A stretch of 51,444 bases of DNA, from contig JAPYTC010000003.1 in NCBI GenBank assembly GCA_029941685.1, positions 1 to 51,444 of the forward strand, written 5' to 3'. This stretch comes from Planctomycetota bacterium (GTDB lineage Bacteria > Planctomycetota > UBA1135). Under the pieces are notes generated by a model. It ran no database searches. It was given only the letters and a program-made list of their open reading frames with translations, and was not told the origin of the DNA. Shown here in pieces: positions 28,367 through 37,301 of this stretch. Both the position numbers and the translations under genes were made by a program. Numbering within the stretch: the first letter of the stretch is position 1; the number at the start of each line of letters is the position of its first letter.

Positions 28367-30370
28367 ATGAAACTCGTCGCCGCCTTACTCGCCGTCAGCA
28401 GCCTTCTCGTACCGTGTTCGGCTCAACAAGCCGATCTCGAAGCGGAGTTGCTCACACTAGAGGTATTGCGCCAAAACCCGCAGCGTCCTGATTTGGTGAA
28501 CGGGCAGCTGTATTTGATTGCCCAGATCAACAGCGACGATTCGGCCAAGGCCCTGCATAAGTTGGTCGACAAACTTCCCGAGGAACACCGCTATATTGCC
28601 ATTTCTGCGATCGGAGTAAATGACTCAGAGGCTGCTACTGAAGCTTTGCAGAAATTAGCCAAGCGCCGTAGCGATTTGCGAGTGCGGCGCCAGGCCATCC
28701 GTGTTTTAGCTAACGGCGACATCGAAGATTTAGAGTACTTACGAGATAAACGGCTAAAGTACGAATCTGATTTACGGGTGCGGGCGCTTATTTTGACTCT
28801 GCTCACCGAGCGGGATGTGCCTAAACTCGACAGTGCTTTTTTGCTGGCGGCAAAATCAAAGGACACCGTTTATGCTGGCGTGGGCCTCACCGGCATTGGC
28901 AAGCTTAAAATAAAACGCGGCCTACAGAAAATTTACTCGGCGCTTACCGACCCCGACATCCAATACCGCATTACCGCCTACACTGCTTTGGCGAGCTATG
29001 GCGGCAAGCAGCAATACACGGCCATTATCGACGGCATGCGAAAGGCAAACAATTTAATGATTTTGCCGAAACTTAGTGCACAGCTACAACGCGCGTCGAC
29101 TGCCGAAGAAATCGGCGCAATCATTCGTGCAGGCAAGAGCACTGTCGACCTCGCAATCATCGAAACTTGCGTTAGGGCTTTGGTCGTTATTAGCAAGACC
29201 GAGCCACAACTTTGTATAGCTGCACTGCATGAATTCTTGGAACTACCAAGCGAAAAAATTCGCGGTTTGTCAATTGAGGGATTGGTTCAAATTAAAGCAC
29301 CCCGCCTTCCACAACTATTAGTTGGGTATCTCAACCACTCTAGCCCACAAACTCGCGCGGACGCCGCATGGGGTTTAAGTCAGTTGGGCAACCTGCCGCC
29401 CGAAACCGAGATAGAGCTCGTAAAGATGGCCTCCAGCGAGCGTCCTTCGATTCGTATTCAAGCACTCAATGCACTGCGCTGGTTCCCAGATTCAGAATTA
29501 GCTTACCAAGTTATTAACGATTGCCTCGAAGACGAATTGTGGGCGGTGCGCTCGGTTGCTGTTTCAGCGCTCGCGCTATTCCGTCGCGACGAATCCCTCG
29601 CTCCATTGTTCTGGTTAATCGAGAACGAAGTCGGGCGTGTGCGTAGTGATGCATTGCGCGTTATCACTTTGTTGACCGGCGAAGATTTTGGACCATCAGT
29701 GCACACCTGGAAATCATGGTATAAGGATCAGGGCGATAACTACATTTTGCCGAGCAAAGAGCAGGCTGCCAAAATGATTGGTGACCGCAAAAATCACAAG
29801 AAGCATGGCGATACTGTTGCCCAAAGCGGATATCACGGCATTGCGGTACCAGCTGGCGGCGTGGTATTTATTCTTGATGTCAGTGGTTCGATGAACACCC
29901 GCTTCCCAACAAACGAAACCTACTACCAGCATTTCTCTAAGGCTTTAATAAAAACCGTACAAGCTCTAGGCAAAGATACCTCGTTTAATATTATTTTATT
30001 TTCTTCAGGCATTCGCACCTGGAAAAACGAGCTGGTTTCCGCCAACGAAGACAATCGAAATGCTGCCCAAAAATGGTTAAGGGAAGCTAGCCCTGGTGGC
30101 GGGACCAATATTTACGGTGCGTTAATGACAGCGCTTTCTTTTGACGAAGCGCAAACTATTTTCATTATGACAGATGGCGCTCCATCCGCCGGTGAATATC
30201 AAATGCCTGATTCTATTCTTGCCGAAATTAACCGCATCAACCGCGACCGCATGATTCGGATTCACACTATTGCTGCCGGTAGCGTACAAGCAGAATTTCT
30301 GGCTGATTTGGCGGCAACCAACGGTGGCAAAACAGTCGACCTGCGCAAGAACAAAGGCAAAATAGAGTAG
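28367..30370 (+). CDS. Secreted HEAT-repeat plus von Willebrand factor A (VWA) domain protein
   Basis: 667 aa with AAGGAGG 15 nt upstream. Multiple HEAT/PBS-lyase-like repeats (LRVRRQAIRVLANGD, PQTRADAAWGLSQLGN, SIRIQALNALRWF). C-terminal VWA domain with MIDAS VVFILDVSGSM and IFIMTDGAPS. Confidence 0.75.
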   Translation: MKLVAALLAVSSLLVPCSAQQADLEAELLTLEVLRQNPQRPDLVNGQLYLIAQINSDDSAKALHKLVDKLPEEHRYIAISAIGVNDSEAATEALQKLAKRRSDLRVRRQAIRVLANGDIEDLEYLRDKRLKYESDLRVRALILTLLTERDVPKLDSAFLLAAKSKDTVYAGVGLTGIGKLKIKRGLQKIYSALTDPDIQYRITAYTALASYGGKQQYTAIIDGMRKANNLMILPKLSAQLQRASTAEEIGAIIRAGKSTVDLAIIETCVRALVVISKTEPQLCIAALHEFLELPSEKIRGLSIEGLVQIKAPRLPQLLVGYLNHSSPQTRADAAWGLSQLGNLPPETEIELVKMASSERPSIRIQALNALRWFPDSELAYQVINDCLEDELWAVRSVAVSALALFRRDESLAPLFWLIENEVGRVRSDALRVITLLTGEDFGPSVHTWKSWYKDQGDNYILPSKEQAAKMIGDRKNHKKHGDTVAQSGYHGIAVPAGGVVFILDVSGSMNTRFPTNETYYQHFSKALIKTVQALGKDTSFNIILFSSGIRTWKNELVSANEDNRNAAQKWLREASPGGGTNIYGALMTALSFDEAQTIFIMTDGAPSAGEYQMPDSILAEINRINRDRMIRIHTIAAGSVQAEFLADLAATNGGKTVDLRKNKGKIE

Positions 30371-32608
30371 TTACAGTGGATCTACTGTTACTCCTTGCTG
30401 CTCGGCTAGCTTGTATAGCAGCGGTCGTAATTGCAACAACTCTGCACGCGTTGTTTTAATCAACAACTGCCGGCGATATTTACCACGTATGCGTTCGATT
30501 GGCGGCGGAGCTGGGCCTAAATACTCAGTGCTCTTGCCAAAGCCTCCGTCCACAATTTGCCGCAACTCTTTGCAAGACTCATTTGCAACACTAATCGCAC
30601 GTTGCTGATGCTGAGACTCGAAGGTAAGTCGCAATACATCACCGAACGGTGGGTAAGAGAAATCTTTACGCTCTTGCAACTCAGACAATGCGAATTTTTC
30701 ATAATCGTGCTTTGTTGCGGCCAACAACGCTGGGTGACCTGGCATCCAGGTTTGAACAATCACCCGCCCACCTAAAGAGCTGCGTCCGGCGCGACCCGCA
30801 ACTTGTGCAATCAAATTAAAGCAACGCTCGCTTGACCGGAAGTCGGGTTGATGCAGCGCGGTGTCGGCATTTAACACGCCGACCAATGTTACCCGCGGAA
30901 AATCTAAACCCTTCGCAACCATTTGTGTTCCTAAAAGAATGTCATACTTGCCATCGCCAAAATCACCTAGAGCTTGCTCATAAGACTCACGACGTAACAT
31001 GGTGTCGCGGTCCATCCGTAAAATTCGCGCTTGCGGGAACAAACGTTGCACGCTGTCCTCTACACGCTCAGTGCCAACACCGATCATTTCGACCTTATGC
31101 CCACAAGTAGAGCAACACTGTGGCATCGGTTCTTCCTTTAAGCAGTAATGACACAGGGCCTTTTTGCGCCACCGATGGTAAGTCAATGCTACATCGCAAG
31201 TGCTACAAGAAATTGTTTTGCCACACGGCCGACAATACCATGCCGGAGAAAATCCACGTTGATTCAAAAACAGAATCGCTTGCTCTTTTTTCTCGAGCAC
31301 CTCTTTTAGCCCATACTTAAGCTGCGACGAGACAACCAACCAGTGTCCTTTTTCGGCTTTCTCGACGCGCATGTCCACTAGTTTGACTGATGGCAACGAG
31401 CCGCCAGCAACACGCTCGGTTAAGCGCAACAACTGCATGTCTGGCGAGTCTTTTGCTGCTTGCCATGACTCTAATGACGGCGTAGCGCTACCCAAAACAC
31501 AGACGGCCCCTTCAATCCGTGCTCGCTCACGGGCAACCTCCCGCGCCTGATAGCGTGGAGTTGATTCTTGCTTGTAAGTAGATTCGTGCTCTTCGTCCAC
31601 TATGATGATTCCGAGATCTTGAACTGGGGCGAACAATGCCGAACGCGCACCAACGACAACGCGCAACTTGCCTTCGCGTATTGCCAGCCACTGGTCGTGT
31701 CGCTCGACATCGGTTAAACCCGAGTGCAAAACTGCGACCTCACCACAGCGGGCGCGAAAGCGCGATACTGTTTGTGGAGTCAAAGATATTTCTGGCACCA
31801 ACACAATGCCGCCACGTCCTTGCGCAAGACATCTTTCTAAGGCGTGTAAATAAACTTCGGTTTTGCCCGAACCAGTGATGCCGTACAGCAAGAAATCTTG
31901 GTGTTGTTGAACATCAATAGATTTGTTTATGGTGTCGACGCAATCTTGCTGCGGACCAGTTAATTGCGGTGGCGTATCGCGCACCAACTCGACAGCAGCA
32001 AAAGGATTTAGGACGTCTGCCTTTTTATCAAACTTGACCCACTCTTTTTTATTAAGAGTAGTAAGCGGCGACTTTGACAAGCCTGTGCGATTGCAAAATT
32101 CGCGAACCTCCATGGGTCCACCGGCTTGTTGTAAATACGCAACCGCCTTCGCTTGCTTAGGGAATTTCGCCTCGAGACTTTGCATTTCTTCAGCAGCAGG
32201 TGAATAAATAAGTTCGACAGTTGGAATAGTGCGTCGCGTTCGATCGTGGCGTAAAGCTGCCGGCAACATCGCAGCCAAGGCCTGCCCCCATGAGCAGTAG
32301 GCGTTATCAGCCACGGTACGCGACAAACGCAGCAGCGCCGGCGTAACAAGCGGTGTAACGTCTAAACAAGAGTCAATGTCTTTGATGCGCTCAACTTCAA
32401 CACCCGAGGGTGGAGCGTCGTCGATAGCCACCACCACGCCAATGATTGGGCGCCGTCCGAATGTTACCTTTACTCGGCAGCCCGGCTCGACGGGCTCGGC
32501 ATGCTTGGGAATGTGATAGGAGAACTCACGGCGCACCGGAGTGTTCATCGCCACTCGCGCATATCGTCCGCCCGGAGCGGCGAACAGGGAGCCTTGAAAT
32601 GCATCCAT
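30371..32608 (-). CDS. priA: Primosomal protein N' (replication restart helicase)
   Basis: 745 aa. Walker A GITGSGKTEVY, DExH box VVDEEHE, and the Cys-rich zinc-binding insert CRPCGKTISCSTCDVALTYH...CHYC...CSTCG. Confidence 0.95.
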   Translation of the reverse strand: MDAFQGSLFAAPGGRYARVAMNTPVRREFSYHIPKHAEPVEPGCRVKVTFGRRPIIGVVVAIDDAPPSGVEVERIKDIDSCLDVTPLVTPALLRLSRTVADNAYCSWGQALAAMLPAALRHDRTRRTIPTVELIYSPAAEEMQSLEAKFPKQAKAVAYLQQAGGPMEVREFCNRTGLSKSPLTTLNKKEWVKFDKKADVLNPFAAVELVRDTPPQLTGPQQDCVDTINKSIDVQQHQDFLLYGITGSGKTEVYLHALERCLAQGRGGIVLVPEISLTPQTVSRFRARCGEVAVLHSGLTDVERHDQWLAIREGKLRVVVGARSALFAPVQDLGIIIVDEEHESTYKQESTPRYQAREVARERARIEGAVCVLGSATPSLESWQAAKDSPDMQLLRLTERVAGGSLPSVKLVDMRVEKAEKGHWLVVSSQLKYGLKEVLEKKEQAILFLNQRGFSPAWYCRPCGKTISCSTCDVALTYHRWRKKALCHYCLKEEPMPQCCSTCGHKVEMIGVGTERVEDSVQRLFPQARILRMDRDTMLRRESYEQALGDFGDGKYDILLGTQMVAKGLDFPRVTLVGVLNADTALHQPDFRSSERCFNLIAQVAGRAGRSSLGGRVIVQTWMPGHPALLAATKHDYEKFALSELQERKDFSYPPFGDVLRLTFESQHQQRAISVANESCKELRQIVDGGFGKSTEYLGPAPPPIERIRGKYRRQLLIKTTRAELLQLRPLLYKLAEQQGVTVDPL

Positions 32609-32645
32609 CGATGAGAATTGTAGTGACGCGCGACCCTGTTACCCT

Positions 32646-33614
32646 ATGCCGATGCCAACATCTTCCCTTCCACTGCAAACTCCTGTGACTTTAATCACTG
32701 GTTGGCTTGGTGCTGGCAAAACCACTCTGCTTAACCGCATCTTGACCGAGAATCACGGGCAGAAATATGCTGTACTGATTAACGAATTTGGTGAACTTGG
32801 CATCGACGATCGATTGATTGTGCAGCGCGACCAAGATTTAATCGAATTATCTAACGGCTGCATCTGCTGCACAGTACGTGGCGACATGATTGACAAGCTG
32901 CTCAGCTTGCGAAAGCGGCGCTTCCCCCTTTTCAAGCGACGTCGCTTTGATCGCATCTTAATTGAAACCACGGGTATCGCCGAACCTGCCCCACTACTTC
33001 GCACTTTTTTGGTAGAAGAAGATGTCGCGACCTATTATTCGGTCGACAAAATAATTACGGTTGCCGACGCCCGAAATTTACAGCGGGCACTCGAGCATCA
33101 ATCAGCCAGCGAACAACTTGCGCTTGCCGATACTCTGATTCTAAACCATACCTCCAATCTCAATCAAAATCAGATTGATGTTGCGAGTGAAGCTGTGCAG
33201 GCAATCAACCCTGACGCCACCCTACTGGTTAGTGAAGTGCCAACAATTGATTTGCGAAACGTGCTTGCCGCCTCTAACGTAACTTTCGCAACCACTCAAT
33301 CTGCCACGCATAGCCACGAGCATTCGATTACAACGATAAGCATTTCATCCGACAATGCGCTCGACGAACTTAAAGTGCAATTATGGCTCGACACCTGCGT
33401 GCAACAACTCGGCGAAGACTTGATTCGTTACAAAGGGTTTTTAAACATCGCCGGCATCGAATACCGCTGCTTACTACAAGGCGTTTACGATCTTTACAAA
33501 GTTAGCGCCGACGGTGAGTGGCCTGCACAACCACGCAACGAGATTGTATTCATCGGCCACAACCTCGAACAAGAATTTTTCGATCGCGGCTTCGCCGCCG
33601 CCCTCGCGCCCTAA
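32646..33614 (+). CDS. COG0523 (CobW/YjiA/ZigA-type) metallochaperone GTPase
   Basis: 322 aa. P-loop GWLGAGKTTLLN, metal-binding GCICCT (CxCC), short His-rich stretch ATHSHEHS, and a CobW C-terminal domain. Confidence 0.88.
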   Translation: MPMPTSSLPLQTPVTLITGWLGAGKTTLLNRILTENHGQKYAVLINEFGELGIDDRLIVQRDQDLIELSNGCICCTVRGDMIDKLLSLRKRRFPLFKRRRFDRILIETTGIAEPAPLLRTFLVEEDVATYYSVDKIITVADARNLQRALEHQSASEQLALADTLILNHTSNLNQNQIDVASEAVQAINPDATLLVSEVPTIDLRNVLAASNVTFATTQSATHSHEHSITTISISSDNALDELKVQLWLDTCVQQLGEDLIRYKGFLNIAGIEYRCLLQGVYDLYKVSADGEWPAQPRNEIVFIGHNLEQEFFDRGFAAALAP

Positions 33615-34780
33615 GGTTGCGGTAATGATTCAAGCGTGCTCAATAAGGACGCTTCGAATTGTTCGCGCTGCCAATCGTTTAGCTGGACCACCCTGTTCAA
33701 CTCTTCGGACGACTGCGGCAAAGCATGCGCAATTTCTTCGAGTTGGCGGCGGTGCATCAAGCGTTCGCTCGGCAAATCTAATTCGCTAGCTGTCGCTGTG
33801 CGCCATGCCTTTAACGCATCAGTATTATCGCGACGAATCTGCCGCGCACGACGCTCTTCTTTGCTAACTGTGTTGGCCTTCATTTCTATGACATCATCTT
33901 TAACGCTGCCCAGCAGATCAAAGATTTTGTCGCCGTTGCGCTTAGCTATCTTCCAACCCACACCTTTGATTTCGGCTAGGTCTTTTGTTGTGCGCGGCGC
34001 CAATTCGGCAATGCCCAATATTCCGGGATTGCTCATTATCTTAAACGGTGGCACGTCTTTTTTGGACGCCGCTGCTTCGCGCCAAAGAAACAACGCTTTC
34101 AACTTCGCCAGCTGACTTGGATTTAATTGTTTTGCACCCTTCATCTTCAGATAGCGGTCGGGATTTGACTCGGCGGGTATTAATATCTCACGCATCTGGC
34201 GATCAAATTCGCCATATGCGGCACCGGTCATATTTTGCTCCTCGAGCTCGGGCACTAACTTGTTATACACGTCGACCAAAAAATGCGTGTCGATGCGCGC
34301 ATAAGCAATCTGCTTATCAGAAAGAGGGCGCTTGCCCCAATTCGAACGCTGTTCATCTTTAGACAACTTTATGCCGTAGTAACTTTCGATAAGTGCAGCC
34401 AAACCTGTTTTTTGATGGCGCAAAAATGTCATTGCCACCTGCGTATCAAACATACCTTTGACGTCGACATTCATGTCTTTTTTGATTAGCATTAAATCAA
34501 ATTCGGCGGCATGAAAAATTTTAATAATCTCTGGGTCTGACAGCATCGGTGCCATAATCTGCATGTCGTCGCCAAGCGCGAATGGATCAACAATCCAATC
34601 TTGACTATCTGTGCTGACTTGCATCAAACACAGGCGCTCGTGGTAAGCGAAAAACGAATTCGCTTCGGTATCGACACCGATAACGCCGGCGGCCTTCCAT
34701 ATTTCTAATGCCTGGGCTAACGACTCGGCGTCGGTAACCATTATCACATCAGGCCAATCACTGGGTATTCTACTCGGCAT
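33611..34780 (-). CDS. rnd: Ribonuclease D (DEDDy 3'-5' exonuclease plus HRDC)
   Basis: 389 aa. Exo motifs IGVDTEANS, KIFHAAEFDL and YARIDTHFL, with a C-terminal HRDC-like region. Confidence 0.9.
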   Translation of the reverse strand: MPSRIPSDWPDVIMVTDAESLAQALEIWKAAGVIGVDTEANSFFAYHERLCLMQVSTDSQDWIVDPFALGDDMQIMAPMLSDPEIIKIFHAAEFDLMLIKKDMNVDVKGMFDTQVAMTFLRHQKTGLAALIESYYGIKLSKDEQRSNWGKRPLSDKQIAYARIDTHFLVDVYNKLVPELEEQNMTGAAYGEFDRQMREILIPAESNPDRYLKMKGAKQLNPSQLAKLKALFLWREAAASKKDVPPFKIMSNPGILGIAELAPRTTKDLAEIKGVGWKIAKRNGDKIFDLLGSVKDDVIEMKANTVSKEERRARQIRRDNTDALKAWRTATASELDLPSERLMHRRQLEEIAHALPQSSEELNRVVQLNDWQREQFEASLLSTLESLPQP

Positions 34781-34812
34781 TGGCTCTAGCTTAACAGATG
34801 ACTAGTGATGGT

Positions 34813-36612
34813 TTAGCGTGACCACACGTAAACTGGTGTTGTCATTGCATTCACTGTCCACGGTGCGTTGTGGATATCAGCGCGATACCAGAATGAACTA
34901 GTGGGTACGGTATCAGTGATTTGCACTGAACCCCCGCCGGTGTATCCGCTCTGACGGAAAACCTCTACTTCGCCGCCGCCAACAGTGCCGCGGTAAATCG
35001 TAATTTCGGAACTGTATGTGCAATTGTAGTCAACGTTGATATTAATCTGAATGTTATTCGGAATACGCTGCACGAATGCGGTGCCGCCCATGGGTAAAGT
35101 TCGCGCGCCATTAACCGTTTCAATGCCAAGCTCAAGGAATGGTCCATTTGAAATGTAACTACGCCCAGCCTTTAACGCATCGGTCAAACTTTGGTGAGTT
35201 AGTGCGCCTTGCACATAAGTATGGATGGCGCCAAAATCAACTGCGGTGTCGTGAGTGTCTGAACCAGAGTATGGATACAGCAACTTGCCTTCTGTTAAAC
35301 GGTCAATCCACCAATCTCGTTGATAGACCTGCCATTGATTGGCGCCTTCAGAACCGTTCCAGACTTCAACGCCCCAAGTACGATTGCGCTCTTGTCCGGC
35401 AATATCCTGAACCGAGTTGAAGCCCCATGAGCCTGAATTCGGATGGTTGATGCTAGTGAAGCCACCTTCGCCGCGAACGGCAATCGAGTTGCTCTTTTGA
35501 CCAAACATTGGATTGTCACAAAAATCTAGGAAGCCGTCTTGGCCACCAGGCTTGCGTGACGAAATGTTATGCGCGCCCATGTGGTGCACATCATGCGCAC
35601 CCCAACCTAAAGAACACAACAAATCGGCGCTATCTGATCCACTTTGTGGACCTTGCTCTGCACCCGAGATCTCGGTGCTCGCCAACATAACAAAAGTGTT
35701 ATCTGAGAGGCTTTGTGACTCGGTGAGCACAGCATTAAATTCTGAGGTGCTATTGATGCAGTAAGAATGCGTTGTCGAACTGAAGAAATCCATACCTAGC
35801 GCCTGGAACTGCGGCTTAAGATCGGCGTTAGAGAAAGCGCCACTAATGTTGAATGACTCGGCAGAACATGAGTCGCAGCCGCCAATCGCTTCATCACGAC
35901 AGTTGTGAACGTGAAGGTCGCCGGTTACCCACGCGCCTGTACCTGTTCCGCGGCTCGCATAAGGAGGTGACATATAGGGTGACAGCTTAGTAATGTGATG
36001 CGTAATCGCCACCGAGCTAGAGTGCGCCCCACCATTCCATTGCGCAATAATTTGGACAGGGGCGACATCTCCTGTCTGAGAATTTGCACCGAACAGTGCG
36101 TTTAGGTCTAGTTCAAAGAGAACATTGGTCAGTTGCGGTGACCCTGCAGCTTGCAGTTCGCGTACATTTTCAATGATGGTGCTGATCGTGCGGGCCTCTG
36201 CTTCTGGACTGAGGGCCTTCCAGTCTTCAAGTGGGATGTATTGGCGCTTAGTATGGCGGTGAGATATGTCGGGGTCTACCATCTCAAGTGCGAGGTAAAG
36301 ATCTTGGACAAAACCTTGGTCTCCGACTAGCACTTCATCAAATATTACAACGTCTAGCACTTGTCCCTCTGGGGTTTGCACCGTCAGCGACTCTAGGGCT
36401 ACCGTGTTTTCACCCGGGTTGTACAGCTGAACCTGCATGGGCACCACCCCGTCGGTGTTGCGGACCGATTCCATTAGCCCATAGGGATAAATAACTAGTT
36501 TTGACTCGCCGAGAGTCAACTCTAAGCTATCGCTAGCGACCACGTCTTGTTGGAAGGCAATGCCAGCGCCAAGCGCGGCAACAAGAATAAAAGGTAAAGC
36601 AATGTTGCGCAT
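34813..36612 (-). CDS. Secreted PHP-domain (CehA/McbA-like) metallophosphoesterase-family protein
   Basis: PHP metal-ligand series GDLHVHN, TTHSY, SINHPNS and GSDTHD, with a Cys cluster HVHNCRDEAIGGCDSCSAE. I prefer ATG 36612 (MRNIALPFILVAALGAG signal peptide) over the track start 36660. Confidence 0.65.
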   Translation of the reverse strand: MRNIALPFILVAALGAGIAFQQDVVASDSLELTLGESKLVIYPYGLMESVRNTDGVVPMQVQLYNPGENTVALESLTVQTPEGQVLDVVIFDEVLVGDQGFVQDLYLALEMVDPDISHRHTKRQYIPLEDWKALSPEAEARTISTIIENVRELQAAGSPQLTNVLFELDLNALFGANSQTGDVAPVQIIAQWNGGAHSSSVAITHHITKLSPYMSPPYASRGTGTGAWVTGDLHVHNCRDEAIGGCDSCSAESFNISGAFSNADLKPQFQALGMDFFSSTTHSYCINSTSEFNAVLTESQSLSDNTFVMLASTEISGAEQGPQSGSDSADLLCSLGWGAHDVHHMGAHNISSRKPGGQDGFLDFCDNPMFGQKSNSIAVRGEGGFTSINHPNSGSWGFNSVQDIAGQERNRTWGVEVWNGSEGANQWQVYQRDWWIDRLTEGKLLYPYSGSDTHDTAVDFGAIHTYVQGALTHQSLTDALKAGRSYISNGPFLELGIETVNGARTLPMGGTAFVQRIPNNIQININVDYNCTYSSEITIYRGTVGGGEVEVFRQSGYTGGGSVQITDTVPTSSFWYRADIHNAPWTVNAMTTPVYVWSR

Positions 36613-36764
36613 GGACTCAAATATAGCATAAAAGCACGTATTTATCGTACAAAGTCCCAAATATGTTGGTATATTTATTGGAACGCGATTGGGTTAACGC
36701 CGTCGAAGAATTATCACCTAGCGTTACTGCAAAACGCATTCATTTCCATTCCACCAAATAAATC

Positions 36765-37301
36765 ATGAACCTACTACGTTGGCTAACTGCCACTGCTGCC
36801 ATCTTGCTACTTGTGCAAGGCGGTAATGCATGCATCGAAGAGCTAGATCTCCAAAAGATTGTTTCCAAAACAGACGTTGCTGTCCACGGAACCATCACTG
36901 ACGTCCGTACTGTAAAGTACACGCCAGAAAACGATGATCGACTCATTTACACAATTTTAACCATTGAGGGCGTAAGCCTTTACGACAACAGCCCTATCAC
37001 TGTCGATGCTGCTTTCTTGGGCGGCACCTTCGAGGGCGAGTCAATGATGGTTACCTCAATGCCGGCTCCATCCGAATACCGCCTCGGCAACGACGTGGTC
37101 GTCTTCAGCGGTGAAGTACAAGGATGGGGTCCTGAAGTCGATCGCTGTGTTTACGCAGCTATGGGTGGTATCTACCGCACAGTCGATTCTCGCAAAGGGC
37201 AGGTTGTTCTTGGCAAAGGCAAAGGTTTTGCTGTCGAAGACAATCAGCTTGTAGCAAACCTAATTAACAACATCGCTAGAGTTTCACAGGAGGCCAAATA
37301 A
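36765..37301 (+). CDS. Hypothetical secreted protein
   Basis: 178 aa with an N-terminal signal peptide (MNLLRWLTATAAILLLVQGGNA). No motif recognised. Its stop overlaps the start of the downstream metalloprotease (TAATGA). Confidence 0.55.
   Translation: MNLLRWLTATAAILLLVQGGNACIEELDLQKIVSKTDVAVHGTITDVRTVKYTPENDDRLIYTILTIEGVSLYDNSPITVDAAFLGGTFEGESMMVTSMPAPSEYRLGNDVVVFSGEVQGWGPEVDRCVYAAMGGIYRTVDSRKGQVVLGKGKGFAVEDNQLVANLINNIARVSQEAK

Noticed and set aside
32609-32645. Zur/Fur-type operator upstream of the COG0523 metallochaperone gene
   Set aside because: The 37-nt divergent spacer shows no AT-rich palindrome resembling a Zur or Fur box.
33636-34115. Long antisense ORFs inside well-supported genes: 33636..34115 (159 aa), 15229..15666 (145 aa), 27763..28185 (140 aa), 42590..43003 (137 aa), 26221..26598 (125 aa)
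   Set aside because: Each lies wholly within a motif-supported gene on the opposite strand and has Ser/Arg/Cys-rich composition typical of shadow ORFs.
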